DNA of 64,000 nucleotides, taken from positions 96,001 to 160,000 of the forward strand of contig CAVPOM010000018.1 of the NCBI GenBank assembly GCA_963707025.1, in the 5' to 3' direction. Position 1 is the first letter of the stretch; every line of letters starts with the position of its first letter. The translations under genes and the position numbers were made by a program. The notes beneath the pieces were generated by a model, which did no database searches, had not been told where the DNA came from, and worked only from the letters and a program-made list of their open reading frames with translations. The DNA is from an uncultured Verrucomicrobiae bacterium. GTDB lineage: Bacteria > Verrucomicrobiota > Verrucomicrobiia > Limisphaerales > Palsa-1400. Below, in pieces: positions 11,353 through 22,448 of the stretch.

Positions 11353-11760
11353 ACAGGTTGGTCGTTTCGTTTCAAAGTCATGGCGGAATTCCGCCCATTT
11401 CTAAGCACCGCCATCTTCCGCAAAACGGCAAGCGCAGGCTTAACCGACGGGCAAAAACGGGCTGAGAATTGATCTAGAATTGATCCCCGCAAAAGGCCGG
11501 CAAGCCCAGAATTCAGCGAGGCTGCAGAACAGAAGTCTTATTAACAGTTTTTTAGCACGTTAATCTGACCGCGATGAAAGCTTGGCGTTTCGCATGTCGG
11601 TTTTGGCATTCTTCATTTGCTAGTAAATCGCTAGAATTGGGCCGCTTCATTCAGCGCGCTCCCGTGGAATCTAGGCGCGTCCCTCTGGAACAAACCCTCC
11701 CGCATCCGCCTGCTTCCCGGCCCGGGCTTCAACCGGCGGGATTAGGAATTGGTTAAATAA

Positions 11761-12258
<498 letters not shown>

Positions 12259-12306
12259 GGCCATGAACAACACTGGCAACAAGACCCATCGTATCGCACC
12301 TAAAAT

Positions 12307-14132
12307 ATGCATCCTATGATCAAAAGAACAATCGCTTCGCTCACTGCCTCGCTCCTGCTCCTGCTCGCTGGTCGCGCCGCCTTCGGCCAGGCCACCAATG
12401 CTCCCGACACCAACGCTCCCGCGGCGGCGGCTCCGGCGGCGGCCGCTCCCAACTTTGACCCCGGCGGCGGCAACACCGGCACGATTGGCGACCTCGGCGG
12501 CTCTGGCGGCAGCTACAGCTACCCCACCTTCCAAGTCAGCGCCCCGGCGGAGCTGAGCGCCGACGACAAAAAGGACACCAACAAAGTGGCCGCCTACACC
12601 GACGCCAAGAAGGCTTTCGACGATTACACGGCCCAAGCCAAAGCCGAACCGCTCGCCGTGAAGATGGCGGATGCCGTCGGCCACAACCGCATCTCCATCA
12701 ACTTCGTCTGGACTTTGGTCACGGGCTTCCTGGTCATGTTCATGCAGGCGGGTTTCGCGCTCGTGGAAACCGGTTTGTGCCGCGCCAAGAACGCCTCCCA
12801 CACCATGACCATGAACATGCTGATTTACCCGCTGGGCATGTTGGGATTCTGGGTGTGCGGGTTCGCCTTCATGTTCGGCGGGGTGGGTGCATTGGGAGGT
12901 GGAACCCTCGGCTCCTGTTCCAGTCTGAACCACGAATGGACTTGGCACCTTTTCGGCCATGATTGGGGCATCATCGGGTTAAAGGGGTTCTTTCTTTCGT
13001 GGGACACTTATGACGTAGGCGTATTCTGTCTCTTCCTCTTCCAGATGGTGTTCATGGACACCACGGCCACCATTCCGACCGGCGCTGCCGCCGAGCGATG
13101 GAAATTCTCCGCCTTCTGCCTCTACGGCTGCTTTATCGGCACGATTATGTATCCGGTGTTCGGCAACTGGGTTTGGGGCGGCGGCTGGCTTTCCCAAATG
13201 GGCACGAACTGGGGATTGGGCCACGGGCATGTGGATTTCGCCGGTTCCTCGGTCGTCCACATGCAGGGCGGCGTGATCGGCCTGATCTTCGCCTGGCTGC
13301 TTGGACCGCGCATCGGGAAATACAACAAGGACGGCAGCGCCAATCCCATGCCGCCGCACAACATTCCTTACGCCATCCTCGGCACTTTCATCCTGGCTTT
13401 TGGCTGGTTCGGGTTCAACCCCGGTTCGACCCTGGCCGGCACGGACCTGCGCATCGCCGTCGTCGCCACCAACACCATGCTCGCCTCCGCCACCGGCTTG
13501 CATGGGAGCGGTTCTTTGGATGTGGTGGGTTCGCACCAAGAAACCGGATCCGAGCATGGCTTGCAACGGAATGCTGGCAGGCTTGGTCGCCATTACCTGC
13601 CCCTGCGCCTTTGTCGGACTCGCGCGGCGCCTGCGCTTTGGGCTTGGTGGCCGGGATTCTGGTGGTCGAATCCGTGTTTTTCTTTGACAGGATCGGCATT
13701 GACGATCCTGTCGGCGCGATTTCCGTGCATGGCACTTGCGGCGCTTGGGGTTGTCTTTCGCTGGGACTTTTTGGCGATGGCACGTACGGCCAGGGCTGGA
13801 ATAATGCGCACTGGTTCACGCTGCCCGACGGCACTTACAAAATGATGGATCCCAGCGCCGCCCCCAAAGGAGCAGTCGAGGAGGGTGTCAAAGGCTTCTT
13901 CTACGGAGGCGGTTTCAGCCAGCTCACGGCCGAATTCATTGGCGTGCTAACCTGCTTCCTCACCTTGAGCCTCCTCTCTTTATTCGTTTTCTACATCATC
14001 AAAGCCATCCTCGGCACACACCGGGTGACACCGGAAGTGGAACTCGAAGGCCTGGACATCCCGGAGATGGGCATCGCTGGCTATTGCGGCATCGTCATGG
14101 ACAAACATTCGGAAACACCGGCCTCAAAGTGA
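12307..14132 (+). CDS. amtB: Ammonium transporter (two +1 frameshifts at ~13498 and ~13616)
   Basis: FMQAGFALVETG, DFAGSSVVH, WFGFNPGS; then NGMLAGLVAIT in a second frame; IDDPVGAISVHG and ELEGLDIPEMG in a third frame. Confidence 0.92.
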
Positions 14133-14150
14133 CGGGCTGCGACTTGAACC

Positions 14151-14181
14151 CGGTTGTGCGGGCCTAAGTGCCCGCACCACC
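14151..14181 (+). terminator. Hairpin downstream of amtB
   Basis: gtgcgggc-ctaagt-gcccgcac stem; no clear U-tract. Confidence 0.4.
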
Positions 14182-14207
14182 CAGCAAAATGAACGGAGAT
14201 TAATACC

Positions 14208-14537
14208 ATGAATGCGAACCTGTTAAATATTGTTCAATGGCTGATTGCGTCGTTCGCCGGCGGAGGTCTCGGACTCGCCTTTGGCCTGCTGCAGAAGTGG
14301 GCGCGCCAACGCTACGAAAAACTCCAGCAAGCCGACGCTTTGCGCAGCGAGTGGGTGGTGGTGCGAGGCTCCAGCAGACGCATTATCGTTCTGCTGGCCG
14401 CCCTTGGCTTGGCGCAGATCATCTGCCCGTTCCTGTTCTCCGCTGGCGGCCAATGGTGGTTTTCCGGCGGGGTCATGGCCGGCTACGGTGTGATGCTCTA
14501 CCGCCAGATCCGCCTCCGCCTGACGGCGGCCAGATAA
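14208..14537 (+). CDS. Small hypothetical membrane protein (about 3 TM)
   Basis: GGAG RBS, hydrophobic ORF. Confidence 0.65.
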   Translation: MNANLLNIVQWLIASFAGGGLGLAFGLLQKWARQRYEKLQQADALRSEWVVVRGSSRRIIVLLAALGLAQIICPFLFSAGGQWWFSGGVMAGYGVMLYRQIRLRLTAAR

Positions 14538-14667
14538 TGAGCCGGTAATCGCTTGGCTGGATGCCATGCTGCGAAAAGCAGGTAAGCCGGCGCGGGTGTG
14601 GTGACCCGCGCCGCGCTTATTTTGAACAGTCAATTAGTTCGTATCGAAGCTCCTTGTCTTTAGTCTT

Positions 14668-16101
14668 ATGGATGCCATCCCTGGTCGGCTCTCCGTCAAT
14701 CCGGTCATGATGCTGCCCTTCGGAGCATTGTTGGCGGCCATTGCCCTGGCCCCGCTGTTCTTTTCTGACTGGTGGGGAAGGCATTATCCCAAGATAGTCG
14801 GCCTGCTGGCACTGGTTGTGGTTGTCTATTATTTCGCCGGCCTGAACGATGGCGAACGGGTTGGCCACACCGCCCATGAATACCTCAGCTTCATCGCCTT
14901 GGTGGGATCGCTCTTCGTCGTTTCCGGAGGCATCCACATCACCGTCCAAGGCGAGGCGACACCCAGGGCCAATGTCCTCTTTCTCCTGGTCGGCGCGCTG
15001 GCCGCCAATCTCCTCGGCACCACCGGCGCCTCCATGCTCCTTATCCGGCCCTGGCTGCGCATGAATAAGTACCGCATCACCGGCCATCACGTCATGTTCT
15101 TCATTTTCATCATTTCCAACGTCGGCGGCTGCCTCACGCCCGTGGGCGATCCTCCGCTCTTCCTCGGCTACCTCATGGGAGTGCCATTTTGGTGGGTGGC
15201 CGCGCACGGTTTTCTTATTTGGTGCGTCGGGGTGGGGACCCTGCTCCTGATGTTTTACGCCGTGGACTCCTATAATTTCCACCGCGCGGCCAAAACCGTG
15301 CAATTGCAAGAGACTCAAGGCGGCGAGCAATGGCGTTTCGACGGCTTGAAGAATGTTCTTTTTCTCGGGATCATTCTCGCCGCCGTCTTCATTCAAGACC
15401 CTCCCTTTCTGCGCGAAGCCGTAATGCTGGCTGCCGCCGCCGCTTCCTATTTCACCACCCCAAAGACCGTTCACGAATCCAATCATTTCAACCTCCAACC
15501 CATCAAAGAAGTCGCCATCCTGTTCATCGGGATTTTTGCCACCATGATGCCCGCTCTCGACTGGCTGCAAGCCAACGCCGGCAGGATCAATTCACCCAGC
15601 GCGGCATTTTTCTATGCCGGTTCCGGCTGCCTTTCCAGCGTCCTGGACAACGCGCCCACCTATCTTTGTTTCCTCCAGGCGGTTTGCGGCCGCTTTATCC
15701 ATCCGGACTCCACGGCTCAGTTGTCTCAACTCTTGCATACCCATGGGGCCGGTTTGGCGGCAGTGACCGGCACACATGCGCAGGAAATTCGCGGCGCCTT
15801 TGCCGCCCTCCAACAATTCCATCCCGCCGTTCTGGCCAGCGGCTTTGCCTCCACGGATCAGATTCACGTCGCCTATCTGGTTGGAAATCAAAACCTCGGC
15901 GCCTACGTCTTGGCCGTCAGCATCGGCTCGGTCTTTTTCGGGGCCAACACCTACATCGGCAACGGCCCCAACTTCATGGTCAAAGCCATTGCCGACCATC
16001 AAAAAGTTCACACCCCAAGTTTTCTCGCCTACATCTTTAAGTACACCCTTCCCTTCATGCTCCCCATGCTGCTCCTTGTGTGGTGGCTTTTCTTCCGGTG
16101 A
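14668..16101 (+). CDS. IT-superfamily transporter (putative Na+/H+ antiporter or citrate transporter)
   Basis: GTTGASMLLIRP, SNVGGCLTPVGDPPLFLG, LDNAPTY, TYIGNGPNFMVK. Confidence 0.85.
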   Translation: MDAIPGRLSVNPVMMLPFGALLAAIALAPLFFSDWWGRHYPKIVGLLALVVVVYYFAGLNDGERVGHTAHEYLSFIALVGSLFVVSGGIHITVQGEATPRANVLFLLVGALAANLLGTTGASMLLIRPWLRMNKYRITGHHVMFFIFIISNVGGCLTPVGDPPLFLGYLMGVPFWWVAAHGFLIWCVGVGTLLLMFYAVDSYNFHRAAKTVQLQETQGGEQWRFDGLKNVLFLGIILAAVFIQDPPFLREAVMLAAAAASYFTTPKTVHESNHFNLQPIKEVAILFIGIFATMMPALDWLQANAGRINSPSAAFFYAGSGCLSSVLDNAPTYLCFLQAVCGRFIHPDSTAQLSQLLHTHGAGLAAVTGTHAQEIRGAFAALQQFHPAVLASGFASTDQIHVAYLVGNQNLGAYVLAVSIGSVFFGANTYIGNGPNFMVKAIADHQKVHTPSFLAYIFKYTLPFMLPMLLLVWWLFFR

Positions 16102-16158
16102 TTCTGCCCAACCCCGATGCCAACTCCTCCAGATCACGGGCTTGAAAATCGCGAGGGA

Positions 16159-16924
16159 ATGGAGTTAAATGCGAACATGAGCGTTGAGTCCCCATCCGAA
16201 CCCGCCCCGCCACCGGCGGCGGACAGGATCTCCCCGCCCCTCCACACCGTCGTCCTGGTCGTGGATGACGAAGTGCAAATCCGCCGGCTGCTGCGCGGCT
16301 GCCTGGAGCGCAACGGCTACGAAGTAGTGGAGGCCGCCACCGGCGAACAGGCTCTGGCCGAAGCCATCCGCTGCCAGCCCAACGTTATTCTTCTTGACCA
16401 AGTGCTTCCCGACATGGACGGCCTGGTCGTCCTCAAGCGGTTGCGCGAATGGAGCAAAGCGCCCGTCTTCATCCTCTCGGTCCGGGACCGCGACATGGAT
16501 AAAGTCACCGCGCTCGATCACGGCGCCAACGACTATCTTTCCAAACCGTTCAGCACGAGCGAACTCCTGGCGCGTTTGCGGGTTATTCAGCGATACAACC
16601 AGCCTTCCGCCAAACCAAAGCTCTTCACCTCCGGCGAGCTTCAGGTGGATTTGACCACCCGCTCCGTCAGAGTCAGAGGACAACCGGTCAATCTCACCGG
16701 CACTGAGTACCTCGATCCTCATATTTTTTGTCCAACAAGCCGGCAGGATCCTGACCCACCGCCAGATCTTGCGCGAAATCTGGCACACGGACGACGCCGA
16801 GAAAACCACCATCCTGCGTGTCTACATGACCTACCTGCGCGCCAAAATCGAAGCCATCCCGGCCAAGCCCAAGTTGCTGATCACAGTGCCCGGCGTGGGC
16901 TACCGCCTGGAAATTTGCGATTGA
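16159..16924 (+). CDS. kdpE: KdpE-like OmpR-family response regulator (+1 frameshift at ~16711)
   Basis: VVDDEVQIRRLL, LPDMDG, LREWS, GANDYLSKPF; shifted frame continues LTHRQILREIW...VPGVGYRL. Confidence 0.88.
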
Positions 16925-17140
16925 CTCCCCCCTGCTCCATATACCTCCATTTGCGGGCCGATCTGCTGGAATGGAGCGGAGTGGAACCGGCTTGAATTGG
17001 CGGAGTCGGGGGGGCGGCGCTCAGGGCAGGTGATTCCCGGCACTCCTCGGCGAATCTGATACTGCAATCTGATACTGTTTGCCAATTTTCAGGCAGATTC
17101 GTGAGGATTCGGGATGACGTGAAAGTCATAAACCCTTGGA

Positions 17141-17366
17141 AATGAGAACTTGACAACCTGATACTGCTTAAATGAAGACAGAATCCAGCGAATCACGGCG
17201 GGCAAGCAGCCCGGTTGCCAATCCGGTTCGTTACGTTCCATCCGGGTTTTATTTTGCGCGGGCGCGGGTAAGCGGCAAGCTTATTCCGCGGTCCCTCAAG
17301 ACGGACGTTCTCAGCGTCGCCCAACTTCGGCTGGCCTTGGAAAACGGCTGCGACTTCAACATATAA
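17141..17366 (+). pseudogene. Direct repeat copy 2: tyrosine integrase N-terminal remnant (ORF 17172-17366)
   Basis: ...GKLIPRSLKTDVLSVAQLRL then an early stop; matches 5847-6006. Confidence 0.75.
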
Positions 17367-17744
17367 CGCTTCCCCAAACGTGCGGATTTAGGGGGGGGCA
17401 AGGCTCTGGCGGCCAACTATTTTTTATCTGCACAGAGGGGGTCCCTCCTGCCCCCGGGTGATGCCCCCCGCCACGGCAAAACGGCCTCAGGCTGAAATCT
17501 TGCCCAGCCGATCCGGCAATGCCCCGGAGGGGTTTCTTGCCGAATCCAGTTGCATCCGCGCCGCGAAATTGCTTTCATCAAGTCCGAGCCAGCAAACTCG
17601 CAACCGGGCATGCCGCCGCATGCCCCGGTCAAGAAAAAGTGATGAATTAAATATGCCGCAGACCGGCGACCATGGATCCGGCTGCAAGATGGCCAGTTGT
17701 TTTTAAATTCAATTTGAACCGGCGAATTCCTCCGGCGCCGAACC

Positions 17745-18878
17745 GTGTCTCATTCTCCAAACCTATTGATCGTCGCAGACAGCGAGCACGACGCGAACAT
17801 GCTTTACGCCGTGGGCCTGTTCGCGGCCGACCCGTTCATTTTTTTCCGCGTGGAGGGCAAGGGTCACGCCGTGGTCAACGATCTGGAACTGGATCGCGTT
17901 AAAAAGAAGGTCCCCCATTGCCGGGTCATCTCCTACAGCCAATGCCTGGAAAAGCTGCGGCGCGTCCGCATCAAACGTCCCGGCATGGCCGCCGTCATCA
18001 ACCTCCTCCTGCGCGAGCAGCGGTTGCGCAAAATCTTTGTCCCCGCCAATTTCCCGGTCGGCCTGGCCCGCGATTTGCGCAATTATAAAATTAAAGTCCG
18101 CGTCAAAAAGGACGGCGTTTTCCCCGAACGCGAATTCAAGCACGCCGATGAGATTAAAAAAATCAGCGCCGCCCTCATCATGGCCGAAGTCGGCCTGGCC
18201 GAAGGCCTTCAGGCCTTGAAAAGCTCCAAAATCGCCCGGGACGGCAAATTGATGTACCACGGCGTGCCCTTGACCTCGGAGAAACTCCGGTCCATCATTG
18301 ACGTCGGCATCCTCCAGGCCGGCGGCCGTCCCGGCCACACCATTGTCGCCTGCGGCCGGCAGGCCTGCGACCCCCGCGAGCAGGGCCACGGCCCGCTGCG
18401 CGGCCACCAACCGATCATCCTGGATGTCTTCCCGCGTTCCCAGAAAACCGGCTATTTTGGCGATATCACCCGCACCGTCGTCCGCGGCCGCGCCAGCGAG
18501 CCGGTGCGCCGTCTCTACGACACCGTCTGGCGGGCCCAGGAAATCGGTTTCGCCAAAATCCGCGCCGCCGCCGCCGCCGCCAAAATCCACGCCGCCGTCC
18601 AGGAGTTTTTCGAGGCCCAAGGCTACAAAACCTGCAAAAAAAACGGCCGCATGGCCGGTTTCTTCCACAGCGCCGGCCACGGCTTGGGCTTGGAAATCCA
18701 CGAACCCCCGCGCCTGAGCCACAACTCCGCCGACATCCTCAAACCCGGCCACGTCCTCACCATCGAACCGGGCTTGTACTACCCGGAACTGGGCGGCGTC
18801 CGGCTGGAAGACGTTGCCTGCGTCACCGGCAATGGCCCGCGCAACCTGACCAAATTCGAGAAAGTCTTCGAAATCTGA
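17745..18878 (+). CDS. Xaa-Pro aminopeptidase (M24 family)
   Basis: GYFGDITRT, FFHSAGHGLGLEIHE, TIEPGLY, GVRLED. Confidence 0.92.
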   Translation: MSHSPNLLIVADSEHDANMLYAVGLFAADPFIFFRVEGKGHAVVNDLELDRVKKKVPHCRVISYSQCLEKLRRVRIKRPGMAAVINLLLREQRLRKIFVPANFPVGLARDLRNYKIKVRVKKDGVFPEREFKHADEIKKISAALIMAEVGLAEGLQALKSSKIARDGKLMYHGVPLTSEKLRSIIDVGILQAGGRPGHTIVACGRQACDPREQGHGPLRGHQPIILDVFPRSQKTGYFGDITRTVVRGRASEPVRRLYDTVWRAQEIGFAKIRAAAAAAKIHAAVQEFFEAQGYKTCKKNGRMAGFFHSAGHGLGLEIHEPPRLSHNSADILKPGHVLTIEPGLYYPELGGVRLEDVACVTGNGPRNLTKFEKVFEI

Positions 18879-18973
18879 GGACCGGGACGCACTCCTGGCG
18901 GGCTACCGGTGGCCAACAGGCCAAGTTGCTTGAAGAATTGAACGAAGCCCCTGCCGCCTGATACACTTTGAAT

Positions 18974-19501
18974 ATGGACATCAAAGAAGTGATCGCCGTT
19001 ATCAACCGGATGCAGGCCGACGGCGTCATGGATCGTTACGCCATAGCCGGGGCGGTGGGGGCAACCTTCTACCTTGAACCCGTGGCCACGCTCGACGTGG
19101 ACATCTTTGTGGCTTTCCGGCCTCAGCCGGGAAGCGTGCTGGTCAGTCCGCAACCCATTCTTGATTATCTCAGGGCACGAGGCGCCAGGATGGAGGACGA
19201 ATACATCGTCGTGGCTGGCTGGCCTGTCCAATTCCTCCCGCCGGGAACCCCCTTGGTGGAGGAAGCATTGCTGGAAGCGGTGGAGCGGGATGTGGATGGA
19301 ACCCGAGCGCGTGTCTGCACCGCCGAACACCTGGCCGCCATCGCTCTGTAGACCGGACGAGCCAAGGATAAAGCCCGCCTCCTCCAGTTCATCGAGGCTG
19401 GCGCGCTCCAGGCCGCGCGCTTTCAAACCATCCTTTCACGGCATGGGCTGCTTGATGCCTGGCGGAAATTTGAACGACAATTCTTGAGCGACGAGACATG
19501 A
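18974..19501 (+). pseudogene. Nucleotidyltransferase-like (TA-type) gene with in-frame TAG at 19349
   Basis: YAIAGAVGA...T.DVDIF NTase motif; frame continues after TAG as TGRAKDKARLLQF... to a TGA overlapping the next ATG. Confidence 0.7.
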
Positions 19502-19695
19502 GCTTCGACCTGCAAAAGATTCTGAAAAGCAAACGGGCTGTGCGCCGCAGACTGGCCGCGCGGCCTATGGCAGAAAAGCTGCGCCTGCTCGACGCCTTGC
19601 GCGAACGGGAACTAGCCATTCGGGGCAGCGGGATTCCTTCGGATTCGAGCGTGCTCCGTGAAGAGTCAGCGCCCTGTCGCACCCGGCCACTCTGA
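19498..19695 (+). CDS. Small basic hypothetical protein, partner of the NTase-like gene
   Basis: ATGA overlap; KRAVRRRLAARPMAEKLRLLD. Confidence 0.6.
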   Translation: MSFDLQKILKSKRAVRRRLAARPMAEKLRLLDALRERELAIRGSGIPSDSSVLREESAPCRTRPL

Positions 19696-19764
19696 ACCGC
19701 AATGGCTGTGCGCAGATTTCGCGGATGAACGCGGATTGACCTTGGTAATGCGTCAGTCAAGGCT

Positions 19765-19841
19765 GGTAGGGCGAGACTCCGTCGAGCCGAAACTCGATTT
19801 CTTTGGAAAAAGTCACGGCTCGAACAGAGTCTCGCCCTACC
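19765..19841. repeat. REP-like inverted-repeat doublet
   Basis: GGTAGGGCGAGACTC..TCGAGCCG / CGGCTCGA..GAGTCTCGCCCTACC; GTAG-footed palindromes. Confidence 0.75.
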
Positions 19842-19915
19842 TCGACCCGCCGTCACCGACGCATTACGGATGTACGCGGATTGACGCTGGCGAATTTCCC
19901 GTGTAAAGTCCTGCC

Positions 19916-20128
19916 ATGAGCATCACTGCTGTCATCGAAAAGGGAATGATCAAACTTCCCAAGAATGTTCCGTGGAAATCCGGCACGATCGTGCGCATCG
20001 AGGCGGTGGACGAGCAGTCGCCCACGCTTCTGGACACTTTCAAGGAATTTGACGGCATGGCGGATGACCTGCCCGCCGATCTCGCCGCCAATCTCGACCA
20101 TTACGTTCACGGTCATTCCCGGCCATGA
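19916..20128 (+). CDS. Putative antitoxin (DUF104/AbrB-like)
   Basis: ITAVIEKGMIKLP...LPADLAANLDHYVHG; overlaps a PIN start. Confidence 0.75.
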   Translation: MSITAVIEKGMIKLPKNVPWKSGTIVRIEAVDEQSPTLLDTFKEFDGMADDLPADLAANLDHYVHGHSRP

Positions 20129-20175
20129 AGGTTGTTCTTGCCGATGCCTTTTATTTTGTGGCGCAGCTCAAATGA
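20125..20175 (+). pseudogene. Truncated PIN/VapC toxin (16 codons)
   Basis: MKVVLADAFYFVAQLK*, a typical PIN first strand with catalytic Asp, ATGA-coupled to the antitoxin. Confidence 0.6.
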
Positions 20176-21270
20176 ACAGTACCTGTCCATAGCCCGGCAC
20201 GGCCATCAGATGTGACCCCGGATTATGCCCCTTCCCAAGAGAAGGACGAGATCGTGGTTTTCCAGTTGCCCGCCGATTCACCGACGGTGACAACCGAGGG
20301 AGTGCGCCGCATCGAAGCAGGTGGCGAATGAATCCAAAAACGGCAATTGAAGCAACCGCAGAGCACGCAAAGAGCGCAGAGAAAGAAACGTCAAGCGAGG
20401 CGCACCCCATATTTTGGTTCTATTTGATTGATGTGCGTCACGTAAAAACAATGCCAAAACCAAAACGAACCAAACTATGGGTTGAGCCCTTTTCCATATA
20501 TGTCAGAGAACGTCAGTTCTAATGTGCTTTTTCACTTTACTACGTCCATGAGGAATCTGAAACGCATTCTCCGACACGGATTTTACCCTCGCTATTGCCC
20601 CGAATACACCCTCGACCCGGATGACCGAAGAGCCGCCGCCGCCGGGCTTTCGCCATTGCGTGCCGCCCCGATGGTGTGCTTCTGTGACTTGCCCCTGTCG
20701 TTAATTAACAAGCACCTTGCCGAATACGGCAATTTTGGAATTGGCGTTGACAAGGATTGGGGGCGCGAAAACGGCGCGGCGCCTGTCATTTACACACATC
20801 AAAATGCCCGGACTCTCCGGAGCATATCAGACCTTTCCTCCGAGGCATCCGAACTCACTACTTCGACGGCACGCAATCGCAGATCGCTTTTGCCTGCTTA
20901 TACAAAGCCTGTTACTGGGGCCGCATGGAGAAATAATAAGGTGGCCCCGAACGTGCGTTTTTATGATGAAAGAGAATGGCGATATGTACCGGACCTTCGC
21001 GAAGCCGGTTCAATATTCTTGCCTCGGTCTGATTATTGTAACATGTCAAAAATAAAAGCGCTTCATAAACGTCTCGCGTCGCGATATGCACTGCGCGTTC
21101 ACCCAGACTATATTAGCTATTTGATATTGCCAGATTTGTCCTCGATTTTTGCAGCTGACTCTATCAGGGATTTATCCTTACTCGTAACCGCGTGAGCTGG
21201 ACCCCTATTTTTAGACCACAGGTAAGTTTCGATTTTTGCCGGTTTGCTGTAGATAAGAAAGAGCAGACTT

Positions 21271-21561
21271 ATGAAAGCAAAACGGAAAAGACACAGTGCG
21301 GCCTTCAAGGCCAAAGTGGGATTCGAAGCCCTGGTGGGGCTGAAGACGGTCGCGCAATTGGCGCGAGAGTATGCGGTGCATCCGGCGCAGGTCACGCAGT
21401 GGCGGGCGACGATTCGGGATCACATGCCCGAATTGTTTGAGCCCGGGCAACCCCGCACGGAGGATCAGGAACAGTTGATTGCCCAACTGCATGAGAAGAT
21501 TGGCCAACTGACGGTGGACTTGGACTGGCTTAAAAAAAAGTCCAGGCAACTGGGGCTTTAA
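21271..21561 (+). CDS. IS3 transposase OrfA
   Basis: RKRHSAAFKAKV HTH, KIGQLTVDLDWLKKKS; A8G slippery site at 21532-21540. Confidence 0.92.
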   Translation: MKAKRKRHSAAFKAKVGFEALVGLKTVAQLAREYAVHPAQVTQWRATIRDHMPELFEPGQPRTEDQEQLIAQLHEKIGQLTVDLDWLKKKSRQLGL

Positions 21562-21593
21562 CATGTTTAATCGCTCCCGATCCGCAGCTCAGC

Positions 21594-22448
21594 GTGCGGC
21601 GCCAGTGCGAGCTGCTGGCGGTGTGCCGTGGCAGTTATTATTACCAGTGCTGTCCGGAGACAGAGGAGAACCTGGCGCTGATGCGGCGGTTGGACCAGAT
21701 GCATTTGGACCACCCGGTTTATGGCAGCCGCAAACTGACCGTGCTGTTGCGCCGGGAGGGTTTGACCATCAATCGCAAACGGGTGGTGCGGCTGCTGCGG
21801 TTGATGGGGATCGAGGCGATTTACGCCAAGCCCAAGACGAGTCTGCGGGAGATGGGGCACCAGATTTATCCGTATCTGTTACGCAATTTGGCAGTGACGG
21901 GACCGGATCAGGTTTGGTGTTCGGACATTACGTATGTGCCTATGGCAACTGGGTTTATGTATTTGGTGGCGGTGATGGATTGGTGGAGTCGTTACGTGCT
22001 GGGATGGCGCTTGAGCAACACGTTGGAGGCGGACTTTTGTGTGGACGCTTGGGAGGCGGCGTTGCGGGCGGGGCGTCAGGCGCCGTTGATTTCCAATACC
22101 GACCAGGGATCGCAGTTCACCTCCCCGATGTTTATCGATGCGGTGGAATCGGCGGGGGTGGACGTGAGCATGGACGGACGGGGTCGCTGGATGGACAACC
22201 GGTTTATCGAGCGGCTGTGGCGGAGCGCCAAGTATGAGGACATTTATTTGCAAGACTATGGCGACGGGTTGGCGGCAGGGCGCGGACTGGGCCGGTGGTT
22301 TGACGGCTACAACCGGGAACGACCGCACCAGGCGTTGGGCTATGCGACGCCGGCGGACGCGTATTTTGATCCCGGCACGCATGGAGCCCAACCGGCCAAA
22401 TGGGAAGCGATGCAACCTGCCAGAGGCAGGAGCGATCGCAGCACTTGA
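21594..22448 (+). CDS. IS3 transposase OrfB (DDE), -1 frame open back to the slippery site
   Basis: YGSRK, VWCSDITY, NTDQGSQFTS, DNRFIERLWRS. Confidence 0.93.
   Translation: MRRQCELLAVCRGSYYYQCCPETEENLALMRRLDQMHLDHPVYGSRKLTVLLRREGLTINRKRVVRLLRLMGIEAIYAKPKTSLREMGHQIYPYLLRNLAVTGPDQVWCSDITYVPMATGFMYLVAVMDWWSRYVLGWRLSNTLEADFCVDAWEAALRAGRQAPLISNTDQGSQFTSPMFIDAVESAGVDVSMDGRGRWMDNRFIERLWRSAKYEDIYLQDYGDGLAAGRGLGRWFDGYNRERPHQALGYATPADAYFDPGTHGAQPAKWEAMQPARGRSDRST

Noticed and set aside
11603..11621. Second sigma-54 promoter TTGGCATTCTTCATTTGC
   Set aside because: GG-to-GC spacing is 12 nt rather than the required 10
19349..19351. TAG read-through as pyrrolysine or recoding
   Set aside because: Other genes in the window end in TAG; no pyl genes seen; a CAG-to-TAG change is simpler
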